Shown in pieces: positions 42,512 to 51,804 of a stretch of DNA of 64,000 nt. Every line of letters begins with the position of its first letter. Positions within the stretch are counted from its first letter, which is position 1. The notes beneath the pieces are model-generated. The model was given only the letters and a program-made list of their open reading frames with translations. It had not been told where the DNA came from and did not search any database. The position numbers were made by a program, and so were the translations under genes. The stretch spans positions 32,001 to 96,000 of IMG/VR virus record IMGVR_UViG_3300032401_000002; one strand, given 5' to 3'. This stretch comes from a virus.

Positions 42512-45500
42512 CTAGAGAAGCTGGTAGTAGTAGTTGGTGGTAGATGCATTCACGTCTTCTGTGAACCAGATGCGCGATCCGTCCTTCGAGATCATCGCGC
42601 TCGTGACGGTTCCGTCAACATAGTGCTCCCTGTAGCCTGTCCCGTCTATGTTCATAGTGATCGCCTTGCCACGCCCGGCCTCGGGCGGACGCAGCACGAA
42701 ACAGATGACATCAGTTTCGCTGACCGTGAGATAGTCTTGGTAGACGATTGCGAATGCGAGAGTCTGATCCGATCCCGTAGGATTGAAGAGCGTGACCATT
42801 CCAGTGCCATCCTTGTTGCAGCGTCTAACATTCAAAGTGGCGCTGTCGATGAAGACAACCTGCGTGGAGTCCGCTGACCATCCGGCCGCAACGGGATAGC
42901 CGTACGTGATCGGGGCATTACTCAGGATGACCGTCCTTGTGCCATTCTTGAGGCAGACTTCGAGATCCTGAAGGTTGCCTGACTTCTGCTGCCAGAGTAT
43001 AAGAGCGCTGGAGTCTGGGGCATAGCTGATGGGGCTATTACCCAAATCGGCTGTGACATTGATCACGGCAGACCCGATATTGTCATACAGCCAACTACTG
43101 ATAAATCCAACTCGATTGAACAGCCCCCACGTTCCGTCAGGGGCCAAAGCGCCCGCTCTCTCGTAAGGCACTGAGTTCTCCCAGTGGTTTCCGGGCGGTG
43201 CCGTCTGGAGGATCAGGGTCGAGCCGTCATTCCCGACATTCCACATCTTTCGGGCCGTACCCCCGGTATGCTCAAAGGGCTTGTTAACCCACTGCGTCGA
43301 GCCGTGCGCCGAGGCGTTCCAGCCGTAGTAGTCACTCGTAAGGAATGTATCACCAATCGTGTCATCGTAGACCGACCCATCTGGATTGAACAGCTTCACC
43401 AAAGAGTCTGGCGGGCCAGTCGTGTAATCCTCCACTATGACCTTATTCTGGCCGCTGACAAGACCAGTCAAGCCATTCACGTAGTCTCCATAGGTGACGA
43501 AGGTGCCGTCTGCGAGAACACCATCCGATAAGGTGTCATTGAGTACGAATGACCCATCATCGGCGATCTCGTTGAGGAAGTACGAACCGCTGACGTTCCC
43601 GACGAAGACGGGGTCGATACCACTACCAGCACTGCTAATGACTACGTCAGTCGCGTAACCTCCACCCGTCACAGCCACGTCGGCGACTTCGGCGAATGTC
43701 CTCGTGTCGATGACCACCAGGAGGTTGTCGTTACCATCAGCCAGCACAAGCCTGTCCGAGCTAAAGTATGGCTCGCCCGCTGGGTAGGTTGTCGTGATAG
43801 GAATGACAGTGTTGTCTGACAAGTCAAGCAAGTTGATCTGAGCGGAGTTGATGTTGTCGCTCGTCATGTAGGCACCCGTGGGGTCGAACACGAACTGGGT
43901 CGGGTAATCAGTCCACGGGATGTGCTGCTCAATCATCGTGTCTGTAGCGATGTCGATCACACAAATCTCACAAGCCGCTGATGCGTTCAGCAGCGCACGA
44001 GCGACGTAGATCTTCGACCCATCTGGAGACACAGCAATACAGTCATCGGGGAATATGCCATCTGCTCCGTTATCGCGAGTGTCAATGGTCGTAGTCACGG
44101 TATCAGTGCCAGTGTCGATGACGATGATGCGGCCATTGTTCGGGGCAACGAGGTAGAACTTGGTTCCATCGGGGCTGAAGACGCCTGGCCCGTTGCAGTA
44201 GAAGGCCAGCGTGATAGGTGATCCTACCGTCTGCGCTCCCACATCGATTGCCCTCAGTCTGTAGGTCGAGCCGGTACCCGTGGTGACATACATCTTGGTG
44301 GAGTCTGGACTGATGCATTTCGAGAACACCCCCTGCAAGTTCGCGATGGTGTACGTGTGCTCGATGGTGTCATCTATCAGGCTAACCTGCGAGATTTGGG
44401 CGTTATAGCTGCCTGAGAAAGCCTTGTAGCTGTTGGGCGAGAACGCCCAGCCATAGATGGACGAGTTGAGAGTCGTAATCGGCGATCCGAACGCTTGAGT
44501 CAGCGGATTGAATCTAACCAGGACACTTGTGCCATCCCCCGTATCTGCATAAAGATACGTCTTCGCCTTGTTGGGCGTAACCTGCATGTAGTTCCAGTAA
44601 GGCACCAGCCCCGAAACAATCGTGGACGTTACAGTGTTCGTAGCGAGGTCAACGACTGCGATAGCATCAGAGTTCTCGTCGGGCACGTATGCTGTGCCGC
44701 CCGCCGCCACTGCGCCCGCCGTCTCGTTCGAAGCAACGTAACCACTAGAGCCGAATGCGTTTGTGGCCTGCACTTCAGCGTAGATCTTCCAGCCGACATC
44801 CCAAAGCTCAGTAACATACGTCTGATTCGTCTGGCCGACGATCAGCGTTGCACCACCGGCTGGCTCGCTTCTGTAGAGGGCTAGGTCGCGTACGCGAACG
44901 TCCTGGATAGCTGAGAAGCTAGCGCCGCCTGCGTTCACAAGCTGTAGCACTACGAATGAGCAAGTCGGCTCGATGAGCATGTACGAGGGGACTATTGTGA
45001 AGTACCCTGTGTGAGTAACATCAAATGTGCTGAGCGGGGACACAGCAAGCTGGACGGCGTTGACATCGTACTGGAAGCACATCACCAGAGCGTTACCGAA
45101 AGCCGTGTGATTCTGATACAAGTCACCTGTCACATAGAGGTAGTCACCGACCCCAGTCAACGGAATGTCATTGGATGTCCACTTGCCGGGGTTCTCTCCG
45201 ATTGGCACGGTGAACCCAATATGTCGAATCCCGTAAGTCTGGAATGTGGTGTTCCCCATGAAGCCCTGTTCCTGGTTCCAGTTCTCAAGCTGGGCTGGCT
45301 TGAGTGCCACCCTTGAAGGCGCAAACGTTGATCGATACCACTTGTGGGTGTATGAAGTTGGGCCGTTGATCCAGCCCGAATGTCCAACGGTTATGGTCGT
45401 GCCAACGCCGCCCCCGCCAGTTAGAACCGGAGGCGTCACATTGACAGGAGCAGCCCCAGCGCCAACAAGTGTCAAGAGGTTGGAGAGATGTGAGTACCCA

Positions 45501-45913
45501 CCACCGATGGCGTTGTAGGCTCGGATGACACACCTGACCACGTCCCCCAGTTGGGCACCGATATTGGGTAGGTAGATGAAGGAGTTGGTCTCGCCAGTCG
45601 AGGCTCCGTTCACGTACCAGTGGTATGTGTAGAACGTCGGAGAGTTAGTCCATATTCCGGGATCAGCGTACAACGTGCTGTACGTGTGTGGGATCGTGTC
45701 ACCGTCTGCGTAGATGACTGCACCGGAATCGTACAAGGGCACACCACCGGGGTTGGGGCCAAACTCGTTCGGGTCGCTGGGTCGGCTACGTCCGAAGATT
45801 GTTTCTGTAGGAAGCTCCTGGAAGTCAGCGTCCTCTTCGGAAAGGCTAGCGTCGGAGTACGGATCGACTGTGCCGAATGCTGGAGAGGGATGTAGACCTT
45901 GTACGTTGGTCAT
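42512..45913 (-). CDS. modular receptor-binding/adhesin protein (Ig-like + carbohydrate-binding + YVTN/TolB beta-propellers)
   Basis: Ig-like GxW...YxWY repeats; FSPDGTKFY / VSPDGSKIYV / IDTxTDTV propeller blades. Confidence 0.75.
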   Translation of the reverse strand: MTNVQGLHPSPAFGTVDPYSDASLSEEDADFQELPTETIFGRSRPSDPNEFGPNPGGVPLYDSGAVIYADGDTIPHTYSTLYADPGIWTNSPTFYTYHWYVNGASTGETNSFIYLPNIGAQLGDVVRCVIRAYNAIGGGYSHLSNLLTLVGAGAAPVNVTPPVLTGGGGVGTTITVGHSGWINGPTSYTHKWYRSTFAPSRVALKPAQLENWNQEQGFMGNTTFQTYGIRHIGFTVPIGENPGKWTSNDIPLTGVGDYLYVTGDLYQNHTAFGNALVMCFQYDVNAVQLAVSPLSTFDVTHTGYFTIVPSYMLIEPTCSFVVLQLVNAGGASFSAIQDVRVRDLALYRSEPAGGATLIVGQTNQTYVTELWDVGWKIYAEVQATNAFGSSGYVASNETAGAVAAGGTAYVPDENSDAIAVVDLATNTVTSTIVSGLVPYWNYMQVTPNKAKTYLYADTGDGTSVLVRFNPLTQAFGSPITTLNSSIYGWAFSPNSYKAFSGSYNAQISQVSLIDDTIEHTYTIANLQGVFSKCISPDSTKMYVTTGTGSTYRLRAIDVGAQTVGSPITLAFYCNGPGVFSPDGTKFYLVAPNNGRIIVIDTGTDTVTTTIDTRDNGADGIFPDDCIAVSPDGSKIYVARALLNASAACEICVIDIATDTMIEQHIPWTDYPTQFVFDPTGAYMTSDNINSAQINLLDLSDNTVIPITTTYPAGEPYFSSDRLVLADGNDNLLVVIDTRTFAEVADVAVTGGGYATDVVISSAGSGIDPVFVGNVSGSYFLNEIADDGSFVLNDTLSDGVLADGTFVTYGDYVNGLTGLVSGQNKVIVEDYTTGPPDSLVKLFNPDGSVYDDTIGDTFLTSDYYGWNASAHGSTQWVNKPFEHTGGTARKMWNVGNDGSTLILQTAPPGNHWENSVPYERAGALAPDGTWGLFNRVGFISSWLYDNIGSAVINVTADLGNSPISYAPDSSALILWQQKSGNLQDLEVCLKNGTRTVILSNAPITYGYPVAAGWSADSTQVVFIDSATLNVRRCNKDGTGMVTLFNPTGSDQTLAFAIVYQDYLTVSETDVICFVLRPPEAGRGKAITMNIDGTGYREHYVDGTVTSAMISKDGSRIWFTEDVNASTTNYYYQLL

Positions 45914-46623
45914 AGGTGACCGTACCCAACTACAGTGTCGAGATCGTCAAATGTCCAGCCTGGTAGACCATGGCCAACAACAACTGCTGCATCGTCACTG
46001 CCCTGACCGATGATGCCTCGACCGACAACAACTGCTGCGTCATCGTTGGCGTAGATCCAAGCCTGGTATGTAACCACGAGAGAGCCTGCTCCCATGGTGG
46101 AGTAGAAGTTGATCACGCGACCTGTCGGATCGGCGTTGTAGTCCGTGAACCACAACTCGGGTGAAACGGTCATCCCGTTCAAGACTGGGTGAACGCACAA
46201 AGGCCCGACTGGCTCGGAAGCCAACGTGAACGTTGTGAATCCAGTGCCATTGTAGAATGTGTCCTTGACAGTTGGTGCGATCCCTCGACCGTTCATCTCG
46301 GTGCGCTCCATCTGAATGTGGAATGTGCCGTCTGACTGCACGCGCGTGTCTCCAGGGGCCATGTTGTCCATGACGAACTCGTGCTGGACTAGGTCGTCTA
46401 GCTTGGCTTCGAGATGCCAGACCCATCCCTGTCTCTTGGCCGTCCATCGCTCTCCCTTATTGGGAACACGAAGAAGACCACCTGGGGATTCACGGAAGCT
46501 GGCGATGAACGGAGCCTTGGTCTTGTCGAAGCAGTGGGTCATGCGGGTTGAGATATCGATGTCATCGATCTCCAAGACGATGTAGTCCTGACCAGGTGTG
46601 GCTGTTCGCTGCTGAGTAGCCAT
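45910..46623 (-). CDS. putative baseplate spike-associated protein
   Basis: Follows the hub; OB-like VPNKGERW; C-terminal DDAAVVVGxG repeats. Confidence 0.5.
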   Translation of the reverse strand: MATQQRTATPGQDYIVLEIDDIDISTRMTHCFDKTKAPFIASFRESPGGLLRVPNKGERWTAKRQGWVWHLEAKLDDLVQHEFVMDNMAPGDTRVQSDGTFHIQMERTEMNGRGIAPTVKDTFYNGTGFTTFTLASEPVGPLCVHPVLNGMTVSPELWFTDYNADPTGRVINFYSTMGAGSLVVTYQAWIYANDDAAVVVGRGIIGQGSDDAAVVVGHGLPGWTFDDLDTVVGYGHL

Positions 46624-49151
46624 TACGCTGCACCCACCGTGTTGATGTTGCCAGCCAAGGCAAAGCCAGGCATCTCAGTGCGGTCGTTGTTCGTCCTGGT
46701 TAGGGCTGGTGATGTCATGACGGCGCTAGTCTGGAATCCGCTAGAGTAGTCGAACGTGTGTGTGACGGAGTCGCAATACATCTGAAGGTCATGGTCGGGG
46801 AACTCGATCAGACCCCCGGCCATCACTTCGGGCTGGAAGGTGAACTCGACCGATGTAGCGAAGGTACTAGCCCACAACTGCATGAAGCGCTGCCACGCCA
46901 ACAAGAACTCGTACGCCGTGTTGCGGATGAGAGGTTGTTCTTCCTTGTGCGGACGCGCTCCGTAGTGCTGGAGGAACTGCCAAGCATCCTGGAGCCGTCC
47001 CAGCTTGGCGTCCTTGGTCTGTCCCTTGTGATCCTCGTATGGCTCGATGAATGAGTTGAGCATGAATGCCTGGGTCAACGTAGCTACGCCTCGCGTGCTG
47101 GCCTCGTCTAGCCAATCGACCTTGCCATCGAGCGCGAATGTGTCCCCTACCACGTAGACGTGTGTCGCCAGAGCGTCGTCGTTCAACTGGATACCCATGT
47201 TGATGATCTCGATGTCTTCGATCTTCCAGTAGGGCTTCCGCGTCACCCCAAAGTAGTCAGGGTAGAAGGCCAAGAAGCGCCCATCGGGCATCGACCTGAA
47301 TGTCCGCATGCTTGCCTGAGCGAACTGCTTCACACCTTCTAGACACGACACGTCGTTCATTAGAGCACGGTTGCCCGTCAGGAACTTGGATTCGATGCGG
47401 TTCGACGGGAATGCGAAGTTGGCTGCGAAGGCTGCGTTGGCTGAGAAGGCCGCAAGCTGTTCGAACGATACGCCACCGCTACTCGTACCCGCTGGTGCAG
47501 ACGTATCTCCTTCTTGGGTCTGACCCTTGCTCGGCTTGGTTGACTGCTGGATCAACACGGCGTCTACGAGCTTGGTTGGCGCGGGCGGGCCATTGGCGAT
47601 CACACCTTTACGCATGATGGTCACCTTGCCACTTAGCGTGAGTCGAACCATGTCAAGTGACGAGTCTCCCGCCAGTCCATTGAAGAACTTCTTGAGAGCC
47701 GCCGCGTCTGTTGACGAGACGGCGATGTTGTCCTTGTCTTGGTTCAGACTGATCAGTTCGAGCTTGGTGGAGGACTTCTTCGCGCGCTGAAGGAGCGCTG
47801 CCAGCCAAGGCTGATGACTCTTGTACTTGACCTTGGCAACCTGCTTCTCCTTGTCTGTCATCAGTTTCTGAATCGCTGGCGTATCGAAGCTGACATTGGA
47901 GGGATCGACAGTCGTGCTGGGGACATTCTTGGGCGCGACCACGACACTCTGCGAGGCGTATTGCTTGGCCTTGTTGAAGGCTACGGTCATGTCCTTCTTG
48001 GGGATGGGCCTTCCGAGAGCCTTCTCGATCCACTGCTTGATCTTGGTGAGGTCGTTGCTCTTTGCGCCCTGGATGAAGTTGGCCTGGACAGCCTTCAAGC
48101 GCTTGCAGAAGAGTTGCGAAGCCAAACCAGCGTCCATCAGATCCTTGACGGGATGCCCGTCGATCTCGATGAGCGGCTTGAAGGTTACGTTGTTGGCGAA
48201 AGAGTTGGTGGGGCGCATAGCGTACAATCCATATCCGTACAGTTCACCCTCACTCTTCTCATGGCTGTAAGCAGCCTTGTACCCACTCAGCACATAAGCC
48301 GCAAGGGCTGGCACAAGAATCGGGATGCCAATCGAGTCTGCCTGCTGCTGAATAGCCTTGAAGATCTTCTGAGCCTGCGGTGATTCCGGCGCATTGCCAT
48401 CAGAAGTCGGGGAGGCATTGTCGTCAGCGGCAGAGTATCCAGGTACGCCCATGGCCTGTCCAAGGAACTGCTGTAGGTTCGAGATGTCTGTGTTCACGTC
48501 ACCGTGTACGTCTTCATAAAGCTGGGCAGCCTTCTTGGGTAGATCTGAAGGTAGCTCGGATATCAACACGTCATTAGCTCCCCACCCAGCGATGTCGATC
48601 ATGAATCGACCCAATAGCTTAGCGAATCCTCCGTCATGCATTGCACCCGTATCCACACCAGTGCCGCCCACCTTGACCCCACCGAAGTTGTACGTAGCGC
48701 TCTGCGCTTCTCCAGTTGCTGCATCGTAGACCCAGTTGCCATCCTGAGACAACACCCACTGGTTGAAGAACTCCAAACCTGGATCGAACCAAGTGAACGC
48801 GAGTCGCTTCAGGGTGCAAGACGCAGTGAAGCTCGCGTTGCCGGGGTAGCCTTGGTAGTACGGGACAGAGTTGAGGTAGCCAGTGAAGACCTGGATCGGG
48901 CGACCAGCCACTCGCTGCATCCAGATCGTTACGAGATCCATCGGAAGGAAGATCGACTTTCTGCCTGACTCGTCATCCCTGAGCCACTTCTGGTATCTGT
49001 TGCGAAGCTCGAAGTTCGCGGTTGACAAGTCTCCCATGTTCTGAGTCACGCTGCCGCTCACCACGTCGGAAGACACGTCGTAGATCCGCCCGTCGAGATT
49101 GCTCGACCGGATGAAGATGTAGACTTTGGGTGCGTAGATTAGTCGCTTCAT
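46623..49151 (-). CDS. baseplate hub protein
   Basis: YDVSSDVV.GSV, VFTGYL, YCDSVTHTFDYSSGFQT typical of gp27/gp44-like hubs. Confidence 0.75.
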   Translation of the reverse strand: MKRLIYAPKVYIFIRSSNLDGRIYDVSSDVVSGSVTQNMGDLSTANFELRNRYQKWLRDDESGRKSIFLPMDLVTIWMQRVAGRPIQVFTGYLNSVPYYQGYPGNASFTASCTLKRLAFTWFDPGLEFFNQWVLSQDGNWVYDAATGEAQSATYNFGGVKVGGTGVDTGAMHDGGFAKLLGRFMIDIAGWGANDVLISELPSDLPKKAAQLYEDVHGDVNTDISNLQQFLGQAMGVPGYSAADDNASPTSDGNAPESPQAQKIFKAIQQQADSIGIPILVPALAAYVLSGYKAAYSHEKSEGELYGYGLYAMRPTNSFANNVTFKPLIEIDGHPVKDLMDAGLASQLFCKRLKAVQANFIQGAKSNDLTKIKQWIEKALGRPIPKKDMTVAFNKAKQYASQSVVVAPKNVPSTTVDPSNVSFDTPAIQKLMTDKEKQVAKVKYKSHQPWLAALLQRAKKSSTKLELISLNQDKDNIAVSSTDAAALKKFFNGLAGDSSLDMVRLTLSGKVTIMRKGVIANGPPAPTKLVDAVLIQQSTKPSKGQTQEGDTSAPAGTSSGGVSFEQLAAFSANAAFAANFAFPSNRIESKFLTGNRALMNDVSCLEGVKQFAQASMRTFRSMPDGRFLAFYPDYFGVTRKPYWKIEDIEIINMGIQLNDDALATHVYVVGDTFALDGKVDWLDEASTRGVATLTQAFMLNSFIEPYEDHKGQTKDAKLGRLQDAWQFLQHYGARPHKEEQPLIRNTAYEFLLAWQRFMQLWASTFATSVEFTFQPEVMAGGLIEFPDHDLQMYCDSVTHTFDYSSGFQTSAVMTSPALTRTNNDRTEMPGFALAGNINTVGAA

Positions 49152-49930
49152 CAGTGAAGTCCGAACTTCTTCTTCTCGGCTAAGTTAGCCGCAGCCTTCT
49201 TGGCCTTGGCAGTCTCCGCAGCCGTCTCTCCGATGTGAGGCGTGGGGTTCGTGAACGCTCCGAAGACCTGACGATAGGTGATCTTGCGATCAATGGCCTG
49301 GACAATGTCTTCTCGACCGCGTGTGTAGTCGAACAAGACCTTACAAGTTAGGGTGAAGGCGGGAGCGTTCTTGAAGCGCTCATGACCAGCCTCCATGTGA
49401 GTGATGGCGATCTTGTACTTGACCGGCCGGAAGTGATCGAAAGCATTGGGGTTCGGGGGTTTGAACATAGCGAAGTCCACTGCTTGGAAGTCGCTGCCAG
49501 TGTACTCGGTGGCGCTCAGGATCGAGTGCTGATGATGCACGACGTAGCGCACGAGCTTATCGTACTCGTACTGGTTCGCCATCTGTCCTTCGACAACCAG
49601 ATCGCTCTGGCTCAAGTGGCGAGGGTAGTACGATCTTGACGTGTGAGTCTGTGCGTACTCTCCCGCCACTGCCCACCCAGTCGTGAACCGATCCACGAAG
49701 AGGTAGATCTTGTGGAGGCTCTGATTGTCTGATGCCAGATTTGTCAACGACGCATTGGCGTTGTTCTCCGTGGCGGGGTAGTGGGGTAGCTTGTTGAAGA
49801 ATCCCTGACCTCGGGCCAGGAACGCAGGCGGTGGCTGACCTGATGCTTCCATCGAGAAAGACGAGTCACCAAACTTGTTGACCTTGCCCTTGGCTACCTT
49901 CTTCTTCTTGTTGACGCCCTCAATAGCCAT
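49151..49930 (-). CDS. tail/baseplate protein
   Basis: 259 aa coupled ORF between the hydrolase and hub genes. Confidence 0.65.
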   Translation of the reverse strand: MAIEGVNKKKKVAKGKVNKFGDSSFSMEASGQPPPAFLARGQGFFNKLPHYPATENNANASLTNLASDNQSLHKIYLFVDRFTTGWAVAGEYAQTHTSRSYYPRHLSQSDLVVEGQMANQYEYDKLVRYVVHHQHSILSATEYTGSDFQAVDFAMFKPPNPNAFDHFRPVKYKIAITHMEAGHERFKNAPAFTLTCKVLFDYTRGREDIVQAIDRKITYRQVFGAFTNPTPHIGETAAETAKAKKAAANLAEKKKFGLH

Positions 49931-51804
49931 TAGATGGGTAGCACCTGGAATCCTGTTGCCGAAGCCTTGCGCCCAGACGACACGTTGCCCCAGGTAGTCT
50001 TGTGCGGCGTTCCGCTGCCATGGGAGAACATGAGCGTGTTGTCTCCACGGAACTGCTCCAGAAGCATGTCTACGTGGACGGTGTTGCTAGCGGGGCCATA
50101 GATGATCAGGTCACCGGCCTTGAGCTTCTCAAGAGGCTGAATCTTGCTCCTGAAGTTGTTGTACATGCTTCCCGTGTACGAACCATTGAAGGTGCCGCCT
50201 GATCCAGTAGCGTACGCCCTGTTCTTGTTAGTGCCCCAGCAATAAAGGAGAGCAACCGAGTTGGAACAGTCGGAGACAGTGAGCGCCGAGAAGTCTCCAG
50301 GCGCGATGTTCTCGACATCCTTACGGCCTGCCTGGTCGTAGGTCGGCTTGCCGTTCTTGTCGCCGTAGGCGATGAACTTGTAGGCCCAGTTGATCACCGA
50401 CAACCGGACTCCACTGGCTGCCCCTGCGGGAGCGCCCGCGTCAGCAACGACAGTAGCATTGGCTCCCATGACCAGATTGGCGTACTTGAGTGTATCTGCG
50501 TTGCGCGTACTGCCTGCCACCCAAGTTTGGAGACCTTCAAGTGGAGGATTCGTATAGGGGTTTCCCGACTTGAGTGCCCCGATCACATCTGGGTAGTTGC
50601 CATTGTTGATCGTCTTAGCGGTGTACTGAGCGCCAAGCTCTCGGGTGGGGTAAGCTGCGATGTGTGCTCCATTGGAAGAGATGAAGCCGGGGTACTTGGC
50701 GTAATCTTGTGTAGAGTTCATCCAGTTGTTGCCCGCTATCTGCCTTGCTTGATCCGCGCCTTCAATGCGGCCCCACCCAGCCAGGAAGGCAAGGTTCTCC
50801 TTTGTGATGGGCCACCCACCAGCTTTCAGAGTCGCTTCAACCCAAGGTGCGGCCTGAACCCCAGACTTGACGGTGTAGGTCGAAGTACCTCCGGTGCTTG
50901 TGGCGAAACCAGGAGCACCACCGAGGTAGGTTGTGCCGAAGAGCTTCATGTAAGCCGCGTCCACGTCCTTGGGGAGCGCGTCATTGTTGAGCAAGCTGTT
51001 GAAGCCGAAGTTGGCGAAGTCGCCCGTGCTCCACGCTGCCACTAGCCCCTGGAAGTTGTTACCCATCGTTCGAGCCAGGTCTGCCGCCTGACCTGAGATC
51101 TCTGGGTTGAGGAACGGGTTCTTCGAGTTACCATCCTGTCCGAACACCCCTTGAGTGTTCTTGAAGGTCTCGCTGTTGCCAAAGGCAGACATACCGATCT
51201 TGGCTAGTAGGTTCTGATTGGTGAGGTTGTCTGTGAAGGAGTGCATCGTGATGCCTCGGAAGAAGTTGAGGGCGTTGTCGTCTACGATCTCAGCGGTGAT
51301 CGACCACTCGGGTGCATAGACAGACTTGTCGTACGAGAACCCACTAAGGTTCGTCACCTGGATGTAGAAGTCCCAGCCTCGCTCGGGGTACTGAAAGAGA
51401 ATGGCTCGCTCGTCACGCAGACGTTGGCCTTTGATATCGGCTCCCGATCCCTCCATGTAGGAGTGGAACCAAGAGATGATGTCGTACATCTCGTCATTGG
51501 GGTTGTACGATTCATAACCTCCACTGGAGAGATACCCCTTCACCTTGGGCTTGGGGTTTCCACCGTCTACGCGCATGCCCGCCGTCTGACCCGTGATCGT
51601 GATCGGGCCAACGTAGGTTGACAAGATCTGCGTGACCTCTCCACCAATGGTTGGGATAGTGGCCGTGTTGAGTTCGTACGTCCACTTGATCGAGTTGGCA
51701 CCCGAATGGATGTACAAGTTCTTCTTGATGCGAGGGTGACTGAAGATCAGCGTGGCCCCCTTATCCAAGAGGAGCTTATCTTGACCCGTTAGAGGAGGAC
51801 TCAC
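49930..51804 (-). CDS. tail-associated peptidoglycan hydrolase (tube-like N-terminus, lysozyme-like domain, NlpC/P60)
   Basis: WGRIEG...NNWMN...AAYPT domain; SDCSNSV...GDLIIYG....HV NlpC/P60 motif. Confidence 0.8.
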   Translation of the reverse strand: MSPPLTGQDKLLLDKGATLIFSHPRIKKNLYIHSGANSIKWTYELNTATIPTIGGEVTQILSTYVGPITITGQTAGMRVDGGNPKPKVKGYLSSGGYESYNPNDEMYDIISWFHSYMEGSGADIKGQRLRDERAILFQYPERGWDFYIQVTNLSGFSYDKSVYAPEWSITAEIVDDNALNFFRGITMHSFTDNLTNQNLLAKIGMSAFGNSETFKNTQGVFGQDGNSKNPFLNPEISGQAADLARTMGNNFQGLVAAWSTGDFANFGFNSLLNNDALPKDVDAAYMKLFGTTYLGGAPGFATSTGGTSTYTVKSGVQAAPWVEATLKAGGWPITKENLAFLAGWGRIEGADQARQIAGNNWMNSTQDYAKYPGFISSNGAHIAAYPTRELGAQYTAKTINNGNYPDVIGALKSGNPYTNPPLEGLQTWVAGSTRNADTLKYANLVMGANATVVADAGAPAGAASGVRLSVINWAYKFIAYGDKNGKPTYDQAGRKDVENIAPGDFSALTVSDCSNSVALLYCWGTNKNRAYATGSGGTFNGSYTGSMYNNFRSKIQPLEKLKAGDLIIYGPASNTVHVDMLLEQFRGDNTLMFSHGSGTPHKTTWGNVSSGRKASATGFQVLPI

